Origin: Octopus bimaculoides
Lineage: Eukaryota
NCBI RefSeq assembly: GCF_001194135.2
Contig: NC_068994.1
Coordinates: 40,657,329 to 40,721,328 of the forward strand
Direction: 5' to 3'
Length of the DNA stretch: 64,000 bases
In this document: positions 1-13,370 of the stretch, piece after piece
How the letters are laid out: each line of letters opens with the position of its first letter
How positions within the stretch are numbered: position 1 is the stretch's first letter
Translations under genes and position numbers: made by a program
Notes under the pieces: generated by a model
Told to the model about the DNA's origin: nothing
Seen by the model: only the letters and a program-made list of their open reading frames with translations
The model's database searches: none

Positions 1-2240
<2,240 letters not shown>

Positions 2241-2769
2241 GGATGTAGCTGGCTTTAACCAATGACAGGCAGGTTAGTTAGGGATCACATAGAAAGGAGG
2301 AGGAGGTTGAACAGCAGGTGTAGAGGGAGGGAGAAACTGATGATGATATTAAAAAGAATCAGAAACTACCCAGAACTTATGTAATAATTGATCATGGTTA
2401 CTGAGTCGAATAGTTATATAAAGGTCTACAAGCCACTGATGGAGCCCTAACAGTTTCACTTGACTTGCGAAAAGTAGCAGCAAAATTTGTCTCCAGTTAT
2501 ATTCTTCCATTATGGAAGAGTAAAACAGGGATTACAAAGGGGCCACATTATGACATATTGTATCACAGATTACATTAAGTAAATGTATCCTTTGATAAAA
2601 TATGTCATAATATAAGGTAAGATGGTCATGGTTAGAACGTCTTTTGATCATAGATCTGTGTGCAATATTTGAGCTGACTTTGGGAAAAAACAATCCCAAA
2701 AGCAACATTATAATTTACACAAAACAAGTCGGTACACATTCTTTTACGAATGTATACACAGACTTTGTT

Positions 2770-2915
2770 TTCTCATATATATGTATGTACATACATACAT
2801 ACTCACACACACACACACATGTATATATGTATGTATGTATATATATGTACATATATATATATGTGTGTGTGTGTACATATATATATATGCATATGTGTAT
2901 GTATATATGTGTATA

Positions 2916-2964
<49 letters not shown>

Positions 2965-3067
2965 NNNNNNNNNNNNNNNNNNNNNNNNNNNNNNNNNNNN
3001 NNNNNNNNNNNNNNNNNNNNNNNNNNNNNNNNNNNNNNNNNNNNNNNNNNNNNNNNNNNNNNNTATG

Positions 3068-3099
<32 letters not shown>

Positions 3100-3140
3100 T
3101 GTTTGTATGTATGTATGTATGTATGTATGTATGTGTGTAC
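2770..3140. repeat. (CA)n/(TA)n/(TATG)n microsatellite flanking an N gap
   Basis: Directly visible. Confidence 0.95.
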
Positions 3141-3369
3141 GTACTCAGAGAAAGAAAGCCAGTATTTTTTATCCTTAAATCATTCAGGCTTCTGAAATTG
3201 GTGTGAAGTAAAAAATTCACCTATAAGTGAAGACCTCATCTCAGTGCTTGCAATATAGCAAAACGCCACAAAAATCAAGTCTTTCACCCAATAATTCATA
3301 GACATAGAGCTGGAACAAATCCCAGAATGTGTCTCACCCACCACTCTAACCATTCTGTTAACTCAGTGC

Positions 3370-3500
3370 CCGGGGCTGATAGTTGTTTATGAACCCCGAA
3401 AAGATGTAAGGCGAAGACTGACCTCTGCAGGATTTGACCTCAGTGTACAGGGAGTGAAAACGAATGGCACATGGTATTTTCTTCTGCACTCTGATGAATA
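3370..3500 (-). mobile_element. Degraded SINE fragment (family B, see 7884)
   Basis: Reverse complement resembles the 'gaggtc.....cttt.catc.tttcgggg' central motif of the copies at 7884 and 49638. Confidence 0.45.
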
Positions 3501-3515
3501 TGTAGATACATCACT

Positions 3516-3573
<58 letters not shown>

Positions 3574-4254
3574 TACACACACTTAAAAAGAGAAAGAGAA
3601 GTTGTGGGACAAAAATAGCAAGAAACAGAGGTGTGAAAGAATGACAGATACACATACATATATGCATACACACAAAGAAAAACAAAGCTGTGTAATTATC
3701 AATATCTTTTCTTTTAGCTATGAATATGATAACTAACATAAAAGGATACAACTTATATAACAATATTTGAGAATGAACTGTATATGAATAACTGTACGTG
3801 CAGTTTATATTATTGCCTGTGAATGCATTTGTGTACTTTGACATAATATATATATATGCACACATATACATATGCTTATATACATATGTATACACGCACA
3901 CACACACAAACACAAACACACACACACATACACACACATATATATATATACATATGTAAACTTCATTTAAGCTGGTTCACTAGTCTCTTCCACTGATGAT
4001 TTCATGGTATTCCACTGCTTCATCAAACAAACAAGACTGGACAAAAAGACACATTATATCACCCCGATGGTTTATGGTGTAACATGTCTCTTCCTCCAAT
4101 CTGACATGTCAGATGAAGCAGCAGTATGCAATGGAAATACCAGGCTAACAAACTACTGGACCAGCTTAAACGAACAGTAACACTATGCTTGTATTGAGTA
4201 CTTCATTGAGGGATTGTTACCTAAAAAATATACATTGTGAAATATGTATGTATG

Positions 4255-4310
<56 letters not shown>

Positions 4311-4384
4311 TATAATACAAAGAATATGTATGCATGTATACCCACATATATGTACATACTTACATCTACATGTGTATATAGATG

Positions 4385-4512
4385 CATATCAGGGTACAGG
4401 ACGTTAGAACAATGAACTACAGACAACGGAACGAACACATAGGAAAACAGATAGCCACTTGGAATTAATCCTTCGTCAGCTGCCTCTATTCTAACTAGAC
4501 GTTTCGAAGATA
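4385..4512 (-). mobile_element. Penelope-like repeat fragment with hammerhead half-motifs
   Basis: Minus strand reads cttc-GAAACGTC-tagtt (4505-4498), then gcag-CTGACGA-A-GGAttaatTCC (core 4479-4473). These look like the 3' half of one hammerhead and the 5' half of a second. Confidence 0.5.
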
Positions 4513-5457
4513 ATATACACACACACACACACACACATATGAATATATATAGATACACACACACACACACACATTATTGGGTTGAGTTATTTCCATTAGG
4601 TAAGTCGAAAATAAAGAAAGGGTGTGAAAATTTTTAAGAAATTGCTGTGGTATAAAATATCAACAAATGAATAGTTACATGATTATATCACCTACCGGCT
4701 GGTATTGATATTATAAATAGCATAGACTATAAAGAGCAGGTGTGTCTTGTAATGTGTCAATACTGAGATTAGAAATAGATGTATGAGTGTTTCCTGGTAA
4801 ACAGCTAATTATTGATCAATTCAGTTATGTTATGTTATAATATTCCAGTTTTTCAGTAGATATTTAATTAAATGGTGCTAACTGGTAAATATCTCTGATC
4901 TGACATTTATATGGTCTGTAAAAATAATAAACTTGTTGTGTATGAGGCTCTTTTTAAAACAGTGTACTTTTCACCCACTTGTAATAGTTCTCTATGGTCT
5001 ACATTTTGCAAGGAGCTTCCACTTGATGTTGTATGTATTAGCATTCTCTTACAGATACCAGATGTAAATGAATAGTTCAGTTGCATGCTATGTATCTACA
5101 TTTCTGAAAGAGCTCCAGTTAAAATACTGTTATTTAAATGTATGTTCCAGCACACACACACTGTGTTTACTCATGATGATTAGGTTTAGTTTAATCACTC
5201 TATTTTTGCAAAATGGATTAAAAGGACGTGCACTCTTATTTCCTTTCTTTCATGTGATTCTTGGTTAGTTTAGTTGATTTGCTTCCTGTTAAGTTTTACC
5301 TATTTCTGCTACAGCTGTAACTCAGTTTAAGTTATTTCTGTTAGTTTTATGTATTAGTGGTGATGGGAAAGTGTTAATTAATTAAGGTTAGAAAGTTTAT
5401 AGGAATATTAAACTAGAAATTGAAGGAGAGGATGGATATAAACAAGGTAATATTTTT

Positions 5458-5656
5458 TGTAAGGAATTAGTAATAATGGTAGACCTCTCCCACATGATGA
5501 ATGGAATAACCTAGTCACTATAAGTAAAGAGAAGTATGTGAAGTATCAGAGTACATAGTAGGCAATCAGAGATAGCTGTATCTTTACTGGTATTACTAAG
5601 TATACTATATACTGAAGTGAGTGTTATGATAATCCAACATTAAAAGGATTATAACA
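5458..5656 (+). repeat. 5' LTR of the Gypsy element (199 bp)
   Basis: TG...CA termini, followed by the PBS; aligns to 7485-7669. Confidence 0.9.
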
Positions 5657-5665
5657 GTGGTGACA

Positions 5666-5800
5666 AGGATTTAAACAACTCACAAGGAATTAATAAACTC
5701 GATGAGGATTTAAACAACTCACTAGGAATCAATAAACTCGATGAAGCTAAACCAATTCATGGGAAGTCAATAGAAACTCAAAGAGGAGTTAATAAACTCA
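5666..5800 (+). repeat. 39-bp tandem repeat (two good units plus 1-2 degenerate units) in the Gypsy leader
   Basis: aggatttaaacaactcac..ggaat.aataaactcgatg starts at 5666 and 5705, with a degenerate unit at 5744. Confidence 0.85.
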
Positions 5801-5824
5801 CAAAGTTGGTGTACAAAATTTACA

Positions 5825-6013
5825 GAAAATTGTAAAAATATTGAAAATTTGTTGGCAGGTTTGCATGAGTTGCAAAAACTGCAACATCAGCTGAAAGAAC
5901 AACAGCAGCAGCAGCAGCTACAGCTGCAAGAACAACAGCTGAAGCAACAACAACACCAGCAACAACAACTGGAAGAACAAGAACAGCAGCAGATACAACT
6001 AGAAGTACTGTAG
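5825..6013 (+). pseudogene. Gln-rich N-terminal gag remnant of the Gypsy element
   Basis: Plus frame reads ENCKNIENLLAGLHELQKLQHQLKEQQQQQQLQLQEQQLKQQQHQQQQLEEQEQQQIQLEVL*, between the PBS and the protease. Confidence 0.55.
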
Positions 6014-6021
6014 AATGAAGA

Positions 6022-6400
6022 TGGCAAAACGTCAGAACAAAGGCAAAAAAAATAAATAGTATGTCATCAGAAGAAATTGGTAATATAATGATGAAAACAT
6101 TTGTGAAAGCTAAAATCAGAAATACAAGTGTTAAAATGCAGTTGGTCACTGGTAGTGAAATCACCATTATAAACGAGAAAACATGGAAATATGTCAGTAA
6201 GGCAAAATTAATTAAGTCTAAAAAGGTAGCAAATGGTGTTACGGGAAAAAGCTTATATTTTTTCGGTGAATTCATATGTAATGTAACATTGTGAAGTCAA
6301 ACAAAAAAAAGGCTAAGAAATATGTGTTAAAAAGTTCACTTAATCTATTCGGCACAGAGTGGATGAAACTATTCAAATTGTGGGATATGCCCATAAGTGT
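6022..6400 (+). pseudogene. Retropepsin (aspartic protease) remnant of Gypsy pol
   Basis: VKMQLVTGSEITIINEKTW (catalytic DTG changed to VTG) ... GVTGKSLYFFGEFICNVT, then a frameshift to LNLFGTEWMKLFKLWDMPI, a typical Gypsy protease C-terminus. Confidence 0.85.
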
Positions 6401-6489
6401 TCTGTGGAAATATAGTTGGGTCAGTCAAAGGTTCGAATCCAGCTGAGGGACTGAAAAAAAAAATTGCAGCAAAATAGAGTGGAACACCT

Positions 6490-7320
6490 GTATGTAAGCC
6501 AAAACAAAATGAAAAATTGCCTGCGATAAAAAGTAAACATTAGCCAAAAGTAGATGTTCCATGGTCAAGACTATACATTGATTTTGCAGGTCTTTTAAAT
6601 GGTTCTTACTACTTAGTGATGGTTGATAGTTTTTTGAAATGGCCTGAAATTTGTAAGTCTTAAAAACCAACCTCCTCAACTGTGATAAATTTTTTACACA
6701 AAATGTTTGCAAGATTTGGCATCCCAGACAAGATAGTGTCTGACAATGGAATGCAATTTGTGTCTAGCAAATTAAAAAAATTCTGTGAAACGTTCACAGT
6801 AGAATATATAACTAAGGCATCATACCATTCCAGATCTAATGGACAGGCAGAATGCTTTGTTGATACATTCAAAAGAGCCCTTAGAATATCAAATAAGGAA
6901 GTCACTGACGAGGTAGCTCTACAACAATTTTTAAGAGTGTGCTGTGTGACACCAAATCCGAATACACCAGCAGGTAACTCATTAGCAGAGCTGATGTTTG
7001 CAAGGAAAGTAAAATCAGTTTTTGATGAATTGCTACCTGGTAAGAAAAGAAAAAGTGCCAAGGAAGACATAATAACATTCTTTAAAGTTGGTGAAACGAT
7101 GAAAACAATTGAAAGCAGAGTTGGGAAGATGATGTAATTACCAAATGCTTAGGTAAAATGATGTATTGGGTAAAAAGTAGAAAAGGCACACAAAAGAGAC
7201 ACGGGAACCAACTGAAAAAGAGATTCATGGAAAGCGAACCAAACAAGCTGGAAGAACTGATGGAATGGCTGTATAATATGTTCCAAGTACCAATGCCACT
7301 GTAGTTGATTGAACCCAGGC
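6490..7320 (+). pseudogene. Integrase (rve core plus C-terminal) remnant of Gypsy pol
   Basis: PWSRLYIDFAG...YLVMVDSFLKWPEI...FARFGIPDKIVSDNGMQFVS...YHSRSNGQAECFVDTFKRAL...TPNPNTPAGNSLAELMFARK, with in-frame stops. C-terminal MYWVKSRKGTQKRHGNQLKKR. Confidence 0.93.
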
Positions 7321-7484
7321 ATATAAGTGAGAGGAAAAGAAACTATACAGAGTTCCAAAAAATAGATGCCAAGCACAAAAAATATTAGATTGTATGAAAA
7401 AAAAGTAAAAAAGGGAGGTGGGGTGAAAAACATTATTGCTAAATAACATGAAAATTCCTAAGAAAAACTTAAAAGGGGAAATAC

Positions 7485-7669
7485 TGTAGGGAATTAGTAA
7501 TAATGGGAAGCCTCTCCCACATGATGAATGGAATAACCTAGTCACTATAAGTAATAAGAAGTACATGAAGTACCAGAGTCAGAGATAGTTGTGTCTTTAC
7601 TGATTTTACTAAGTATGTAGTATATCAAAGTAAGCGTTATAACAATCCAACATTTTAAGGATTATAACA
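7485..7669 (+). repeat. 3' LTR of the Gypsy element (185 bp)
   Basis: Preceded by the PPT; TG...CA termini; aligns to 5458-5656. Confidence 0.9.
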
Positions 7670-7883
7670 ATTTTGGTGCATCTTCTTATTAGATGGCTGT
7701 GAGTTAGGGTTATATGTGACCTTGTGATTGAATTTGCTTGTTTGTTGTGTTTTATCATAGTAGGGAGCTGCATTATTCAATGAAGTATTAGAAATTCTTC
7801 CATGGATATTATTTACAAGGTCCTGAAATTTATAGGTGGATTGTAGGAATATATATATTAATATACATGCTAGATTAATATAG

Positions 7884-8065
7884 GGCAAGCTAGCAGAATC
7901 ATTAGCATGCTGGGCAAAATGCTTGGCAGAAATTCGTCTGTCTTAACATTCTGAGTTCAACTTTCACCAAGGCTGACTTTGTTTTTCATCCTTCTTGAGT
8001 CTATAAAAAAAGGAGCAATTGAGACCAGTGGGGTTGATCTAATCAACATAGTCCTGTCTCCAATA
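7884..8065 (+). mobile_element. SINE family B (tRNA-like head 'ggcaagctagcagaatcattagc', central 'gactttg.tttcatcc' motif)
   Basis: Homologous copies at 47978, 49375 (-), 49638, 49862, 56503 and 16935 (-). Confidence 0.75.
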
Positions 8066-8869
8066 TTTCTGACCATTCGAAAGCAATATATTTTAGATAA
8101 TTATTTATGAATTTTTCAACTAGGTTTGTTGTATTTTTCAGGAATTTAGTTAGAGATGAGATAATACCTAAGAAATTTACTATGGTCAGGTTTTTGATAG
8201 TAGTTATTTTAAGGTCAAAATTACTGAGGCTGTTCATACAGCCTCTTCTAAGACAATTTATTATATGTCTATTGACATGCTGGAATACAGCCAACTATCA
8301 TTATATAAACCTCTATGCAGTGTGGTGAATTTTTTTTTTGAATGTTTGTAGTGTATATAAACCGAAACTTTTGCATACTTCTTGTACTGTCAAATGATCC
8401 TTAAACTAAGGTGAACAAACCCCTGATCTACAACCTGGTAATCGAACTATGACCATCTTGTCCTCCTTTTTAAGGAACAGTGTATTTTAGATTCCATTAT
8501 CTAATGAGTTCAGCTTTTAATATGGTAAGGAATGATGTGAGAGAGATTTAGTGATTACTTTTGCAGCCTCCTCATTGGTTCAATACTTCTTCATTAAGTA
8601 AACTTGAGTAAGCTAACTTATGAGTTTGCTCTGGAGATTAATATACATAATGGATAGTGTAATAGTTGAGCATATGATCATATGTGTACTAGTCTAATAC
8701 ATCATTCTCTTACTCTATGTGTTTGATACAAAACAATGCAATACTAATTGCTACTAAGGCTGGTTAGTTATGTAGATTCTCTGCATAGCAAGTCTGCTTC
8801 TTCCCCTTCTCAAATACCTTACTCAACGTCAACTAGCATAAACCCCCACTTGACCTGAGTTTTGTCATC

Positions 8870-9086
8870 TTGCAAGCTACATAGTGACCTCAGTAGTTAT
8901 GGTGAAATGAATAAGAAGCAACCGTTGCATGCTGTAAAGTGTCTGGCTTCAGGAAGAGCATTCAACCATAGAGACCATGCTGAAACAGATAGCGAAATAT
9001 GAAACAGTACTTGGGTTCATTGGATCTTGTCAAACAATACATCCCATACCAGCATGGAACATCGGCATTAAATGATAATGATGATA

Positions 9087-9127
<41 letters not shown>

Positions 9128-9130
9128 AGA
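8870..9130 (+). mobile_element. RTE-type retroposon 3' end terminating in (GAT)n
   Basis: Ends ccagcatggaacatcggcattaaatgataatgatg...; the same terminal motif occurs at ~10765, ~19110 and ~20520 (-). Confidence 0.6.
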
Positions 9131-9482
9131 TGTCCAAGCAACAGTTGAGAAGGTAAGCCACTAATTTGACTGAAAAGAGGTAAAGAACAAAGCATAAGGT
9201 AACAAGGAGTTAAGGTCAGTAGTCAGTTGATATCACAAGTGAAGTCTCACAACAGCGATGAGGTACCAGTGCGCATTAAAACCACCAAAGGAAGTCTCTA
9301 AAATGATGTACATTTTCTTCTGATGATTCCATAGGCTTTCTAATGACTGGTCTGCAGATCTTCTAACTAGCAACGCTTTTGTCTGTGAGTTGTTTGAATA
9401 TAGACATTGTCCTTTTTAAATTATCTTAAAACAATGTGCATGTGTATGTTTGTATAGAAGGAGTAATTACTAAGAGTAAAAA

Positions 9483-9811
9483 AAAGGGTAAAGACCCCTT
9501 TCAGTCATGAATGAACATGGGATTGCATCTAGAAAGATCCCCTCTAAGGCACAAGTTCAAGCAAGGTCACTTACAGAAGACCAGCAGTCACCAGCCTCCC
9601 CTCTCCACACCACTGATGTTATTCAAGGGAAAGGCAAAGGCTGATACAGCTTGTCATCAGTGACGTCACAACTCATTTCTACAGCTGAGTGAACTGGAGC
9701 AATGTGAAATAAAGTGTTTTGCTCAAGAACACAACACACAGCCCGGTCAGGGAATCGAACTCACTACCTCATGATTGTGAACCTGACACTCTAGCCACTG
9801 AGCCATATGCT
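9483..9811 (-). mobile_element. tRNA-derived SINE family A, full length
   Basis: Minus-strand head gcatatggctcagtggctagagtgtcaggttcacaatcatgaggtagtgagttcgattccc has an A box (TGGCTCAGTGG) and a B box (GAGTTCGATTCC). The body matches 17245-17570 (+) and 57303-57605 (-). Confidence 0.85.
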
Positions 9812-9975
9812 GGTGTGTTTACGTCCCTGTAACTTAGTGGTTTGGCAAAAGAGACCAATAGATTAAGTACTAAGCTTACAAAGAATAAATCCTAGGGTCG
9901 ATTTGCTCGACTAGAGGCGGTGCTCCAGCATGGCCACAGTCAAATGACTGAAACAAGTAAAAGAATAAAAGAATA
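9812..9975 (+). mobile_element. SINE family C 3' portion
   Basis: Ends ggcggtgctccagcatggccacagtcaaatgactgaaacaagtaaaagaataaaagaata; the same tail occurs at 19505, 24575, 40670 and 23155 (-). Confidence 0.8.
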
Positions 9976-10382
9976 TATAAAACAATACACTTAGTGTTAT
10001 CTTTCCTGTTTCTCTTTCCTTCAACACTGTCAGCCGTCTCATTCTGTCTTCCCACTTTACTTTCACTTTTCCCTTTCCCACTTTGATTCATCTTTTCCAG
10101 TCATCATCTCTTCTGCCTACTCTATTAGTGATGTTGCCCTGGCCAGGGAAAATATACGATGGTGAGGAGACTCTTTGGTGTAACAGAGGACGAGGCAACC
10201 TTGCTAGTGCTGGTGCCACAATAAAACGCATCTAATATATACTGTAAAGTGATTGCCACTAACATAGGTCTAAAAGGACACATTGGTTTGTCATTTGAGG
10301 ACATGGCAACTTCTCTGATGTTGGCAACACAATAAAATGCTCCCAGTACACTCAATAAAATAGTCTGTGTTAAGGTATCAAG

Positions 10383-10643
10383 GGAGGTGCATGGTCTAGT
10401 GGTTAGGGTGTCAGCACCATGATCATAAGATTGTGGTTTTGATTCCAGAACCAGACGACACGTGTTCTTGAGCAAAACACTTCATTTCACGTTGCTCCAG
10501 TCCACTCAGCTGGCAAAAATGAGTAACGCTGTGATGGACTGGCGTTCCGTCTGGCTGGGGAACACATACGCCATTGAAACTGGGAAACCAGGCCCATGAG
10601 CCTGGCTAGGCTTTAAAAGGGCGCATTTATTATTTTTATTTTT
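10383..10643 (+). mobile_element. tRNA-derived SINE with a V-SINE-like central motif and a target-site duplication
   Basis: A box tggtctagtgg; head shared with family A; central gctgtgatggactggcgttccgtc; T-rich tail. Flanked by the direct repeat ggtatcaag at 10374-10382 and 10647-10655 (12 bp with one mismatch if extended). Confidence 0.85.
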
Positions 10644-10789
10644 TAGGGTATCAAGCAATTGAAATGAAATGTAATAATGAGGTGTGTACATTTGATACAT
10701 CTAAAAGTGCAAGAGCTGCAAATAAAACCTGAGTCAGACAGTCAAGACTTGTCCAAACGATACCAGTGTGGAAAGCAGACATAAAATGT

Positions 10790-11040
10790 AGATGACGGCT
10801 ATGATGTTGGTGATGATGGTAGCAACAACAATGGTGGTGATGATGATGCTGACAGTGATGGCAATGATGACAACGATAATGACCGTGCCCATGACAATGG
10901 CAGCAACAACTATGGCAACAATGATGAAGGTAGCTATGATGGTGCCGATGCCAATGGTAGCAACGATGGGTGAAGGCAACATCAGTGATAACAATGATGA
11001 TGACGATGATGACGATGATTAAAATGATAATGATAACATG
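10790..11040. repeat. Degenerate (GAT/GAC/GGT) trinucleotide tract
   Basis: Directly visible; follows the RTE-type terminal motif at ~10765. Confidence 0.9.
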
Positions 11041-11388
11041 TGCTTTATTGGTTTTTTTTATTTTTGGAGGAGAGCTCTTCACATCAATTTCTCTCAAATT
11101 ATGTTTGTTTCAATAGTAATTAGAACCTAAAATATGCTTCTTCTTTCTTCTTTCTTGCTCTTTCATACATTGTAGTCACAATATTGTTTTCCCTTTAAAT
11201 TGAAATAAATAAAAAATGTTAGCTATAAGAATAAATTCAAAAAAATAATATCTAAAAATATTTCAATATAAAACAATAAAAAAGCTAAATAAATGAAATA
11301 TCTTAAATGAAATATATTTTTATTGCTTCTTTTTCTTTTTACTTTTTATTTTCCAAGTATATATATATATATATGTATGTATATTGTT

Positions 11389-11463
11389 TTAAACAGAAGT
11401 TATAGTGAGTGTCGCAAGATAAGAATTATTCAAGCTTTTAAAATCTTCACAATGTGGACAGGT
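11389..11463 (-). CDS. Candidate terminal exon, unidentified (TCPHCEDFKSLNNSYLATLTITSV*)
   Basis: Acceptor cttactttacag; 25 codons including the stop; CxxC motif; AT-rich region downstream. No homology recognised. Confidence 0.2.
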   Translation of the reverse strand, partial: TCPHCEDFKSLNNSYLATLTITSV

Positions 11464-12290
11464 CTGTAAAGTAAGTCCAACATTGGCAGCAAAATGGGGA
11501 AAATTCTTCCTTGAATACAGCAGAATATTAACACTGAATAAACGGTTTTATTTCTATAAGTAATGTTTTATGAAATAAAGATTCCTACTCCAAAATCAAT
11601 ATTCAATAACAAATGAAAAAAAAAAAAAAAGAACCATATTCATATATATGTGGTGTATTGATTTTTTAAATTTCTTTTATTTATTTATTTATTTATTAAT
11701 CTCACTCTGTTAATTTGTAAAATTATTCATATGTTTTCTTCTTTTATTGTTTTCAATTTTTTTTATAAATTAAATATGAAAATTCTTTTTTTTATTCCAA
11801 TTTTTTTTATACTTTTATAAATAATATCAACTAATTAGAAAATGTGAGTGTACATTAATATAATTAAACACTGAATAGAAGCAGCTGAATTCTATGTAAC
11901 AAAATTCAATGAGAGAAAGAATGCAAGCTAAATATCTATCTCCATTGTATTTCTTTCAGTATTCACTTCCATAATCTTCTTATATATTCCTTTAATTGAC
12001 TTTCAATGAACATTGAAAGCAGACATCTTTGGAATTTTTATAGAAGAATAATGAAATGTTAATTTTTTTTATAACATTATAACAATTTTTTCTATTTCTT
12101 TTTTGTTTCTGTTCTTTTACTTTATGTTCCCTGAAATTTCCACAATATAATACTGTATAGAATAATTGATGCTTTTTTATGCTGATTGTGGTGTTGAAAA
12201 TGATAATTTGATTCCTGATAGAAATCTTTCGGATGAATTCAATGTGTATGGCCTGAATAAATGATGTTTACTTCTCCACAGACATCTTAC

Positions 12291-12335
12291 TCTAGTATTA
12301 ACTATGTTATTACTATCCAATTGTAAATGGCAAAC
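12291..12335 (-). CDS. Candidate 45-nt internal exon, phase 0-0 (VCHLQLDSNNIVNTR)
   Basis: Acceptor ...tatatgtactgaatcag and donor AGA|gtaaga. Only phase 0 is open, matching the candidate at 11389-11463. Confidence 0.2.
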
Positions 12336-12974
12336 CTGATTCAGTACATATAAAATAAGAATAATAAAAAGGAAAAAAAAGAATGTTAAAATTGCTGGAA
12401 AATGACCTCAAGTTTGGATAGATTTGTACATTCTGTATTATTCTTTTCCATTAGAAAAGCTAGGAGATATAAAAATATTTAGATATGATTTTAGAATTGG
12501 CAATATTGTTCTGAACAAACTTGAATTGTAAATGGAAGATAACCTTATATAGACACTCTATTTGTACAGTTAACCACTGTAATCAGTTTTCAGTTTTATT
12601 GTATACAATCTTGGGAAAAAAAAACAAGCCTTGATAAAATATTTGTTTACTTTATATCATCCATGGAATCAAGCTAGCCTTAGATATCTAAGACTTTTCT
12701 CTGGATATGAAAATAATGATATAGGCAAAATTCAGTTTGGGGGAAAATTTAGGTCTATGATATAGTTGTAAACATTAGCAACTCACATGAATTTTAATAT
12801 GATATTGGTGAAAGTATTTGTATTTCTTGATTACTGCCTCCGTCTTACTTTTAACATTAACAACTTCTGCTTTCTTTTGTTCAGCATAGTATCCACATTA
12901 AAGGTTTGTTGTCTAGTTTTTAGTGTATCAGGATCATAAGGTCGGGGCTTCAAATTCTGGGTATGAAACATTTT

Positions 12975-13370
12975 GTCACAACTGTTTGGATGTCACTTAT
13001 TTGGCATCATTAACTTGACACTGACTTATTTGACAATAGATGGTTCTATGTTTCTCTTGTTTTCTCCCTACCCTGCACTCTCTTTGTCCCTTTCTCTTTC
13101 TGTCTATCTGTATTTGTGTTTATGTGCATTAAAAAGAAAAGTGTTTATGTCAATTGTGTTCAGTTAATAAATTGTAATGTCTCCTTATCTTCCTTTCTGT
13201 CTCTAAGTACTTCCCTCTGTGTATGTATATTTCTGCTTGTATATGCATGTGTGTGTGTTTGCCTCTGGCACCAAAAAAGTCCACTTGTTAAAAAATAAGT
13301 TGTATGTCCAGTCAGCCATGCCAATTCATCTGAATCCAAACAGCTATTCCATCAATTCCTAGACAGGGCT
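12975..13370 (+). repeat. Unclassified dispersed repeat; inverted copy at 16330-16780
   Basis: Shared blocks aagtgtttat.tcaattgtgtt, tgtgtttgcctctgg..ccaaaaaa and gtcagccatgccaa match the reverse complement of 16330-16620. Confidence 0.75.

Larger units (their letters stand above)
5458..7669 (+). mobile_element. Ty3/Gypsy LTR retrotransposon, internally deleted (non-autonomous) and decayed
   Basis: Direct repeats 5458-5656 and 7485-7669, both TGTA...AACA, about 86% identical by hand alignment plus one 14-bp indel. PBS TGGTGACAAGGAT at 5658-5670; PPT AAAAGGGGAAATAC at 7471-7484; flanks attttt|...|atttt consistent with an imperfect TSD. Protease and integrase remnants lie inside. Confidence 0.93.

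Noticed and set aside
5820-6275. 151-aa hydrophobic minus-strand ORF (poly-Ala/Val)
   Set aside because: Antisense shadow of the Gln-rich gag and protease remnants.
9740-9811. tRNA-like sequences (also 10383, 39880, 40395)
   Set aside because: They are SINE heads continuing into SINE bodies, with no intact cloverleaf, so they are not called tRNA genes.
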